DNA from: Macrostomum hystrix
Taxonomy: Eukaryota > Animalia > Platyhelminthes
Length of the DNA: 64,000 nt
Assembly (NCBI GenBank): GCA_950097015.1
Contig: CATNEN010000039.1
Span: 6,944,001-7,008,000, forward strand
Direction: 5' to 3'
A program made the position numbers and the translations under genes. Below, piece after piece: positions 63,035-64,000 of this stretch. Within the stretch, counting starts at the first letter, position 1. Each line of letters starts with the position of its first letter. The notes under the pieces are model-generated. The model did no database searches. It worked only from the letters and a program-made list of their open reading frames with translations, and had not been told where the DNA came from.

Positions 63035-63534
63035 TCTTTCACCGCATTGTTTTCCGCATGGTTTTCTGCATGGTTTTCCGCATGGTTTTTTTTCCTGTAT
63101 TTTTGCATCATGCTGACTTGAATAAAGCACTTATGCGCTGCAATAATCCTTGGTAACATTTTTAGCAAACATATGAAAGAGATTCTAACAACTATATCAT
63201 ACAATATTATATGATACTAGGTCATATCTTACCAGATCATGCCATATCATACCATAACATGCCATATTATACCATATGATGCCATATAATACAAAATCAT
63301 GCCATATCATACCAGATTATGCCATATCATACCATATCATACCAGATTATGTCATATGCTAACATATAGACTATACTTCATCATACAAGATTAATACTAT
63401 ACCAGGTCATATCATACCATCCATTAAATTAAATTACAGTTTCACAGTAATTTTTACACCATACAAATTTTTTTTAATTTTTACACGGAAAAAAACCGTG
63501 CGGAAAACCATGCGGAAAACAATGCGGTGAAAGA
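63035..63534. mobile_element. Foldback/MITE-like element with repetitive inverted arms and an internal 15-bp repeat
   Basis: tctttcaccgcattgttttccgcatggtttt... inverted to ...aaaaccatgcggaaaacaatgcggtgaaaga; internal (ataccatatcatgcc)n at ~63220-63420. True termini not defined. Confidence 0.65.
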
Positions 63535-64000
63535 CCCACATTTTTTTTGTGGTGCAATCTATTTTTGTGGTGGATATGCGTAAACAAACATGACTAACAG
63601 ACTTGAGGATAATGTACAATATGCTACTAATTAGAACTAAAATCGCACTATGCGGCAACGTTTTGCTTGGTGATAATTAAAATACATTGTTTGTCTACTA
63701 GCATGTCTTTCATAGAAGCAGGCCCGTCAATTCAAGTTGGCATATTCAAGTGATTTTTATTAATACGCAGTGTGTGAAGACTGTTCACAGAGCAGTGGCT
63801 TTGATGTTATTTGTAACGTAAAATACGTTAAAAGTATACGCACAAGTAACTAATTTTTGTTTACATTATGAAGTGTAATGATAATGATGAAGTGTAGGTT
63901 GTGAAAACAAGAATTTAATTAGTGCTGTCTGCTGTGCAATGCTATGCATGCACTGCTTTTGGATACTAAACAACTTTTCCGAAGAATCAAAGCCACATAG

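Overview
Eukaryotic (metazoan) genomic DNA with GT-AG spliced genes, many minisatellites, tRNA-derived SINEs and DNA-transposon relics. The style resembles the flatworm Macrostomum, but that is inference only. Plus-strand genes: an hnRNP U/UL1-like gene (SPRY, P-loop, RGG; no SAP domain seen), two divergent tandem DDA1-like genes, a SHC adaptor (PTB+SH2) and a secreted PAN/apple + C-type lectin gene. Minus-strand genes: an inverted, stop-containing second lectin copy, a Bicaudal-C-like gene (KH+SAM) and an 8-exon Gs-class G-alpha with large low-complexity/polyQ insertions. Mobile DNA: an internally deleted P/THAP element, a deleted mariner inside a minisatellite, a deleted Harbinger, MULE/hAT/TA-target MITEs, a probable Helitron 3' end, two SINE families and a minimal hammerhead-like motif. 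The most striking structure is the lectin pair. A ~659-bp near-identical inverted block is joined to two long-diverged, intact C-terminal ligand-site segments, so inversion or gene conversion could swap the lectin tip (shufflon-like; a hypothesis). Exon boundaries were read by eye and need RNA-seq confirmation.
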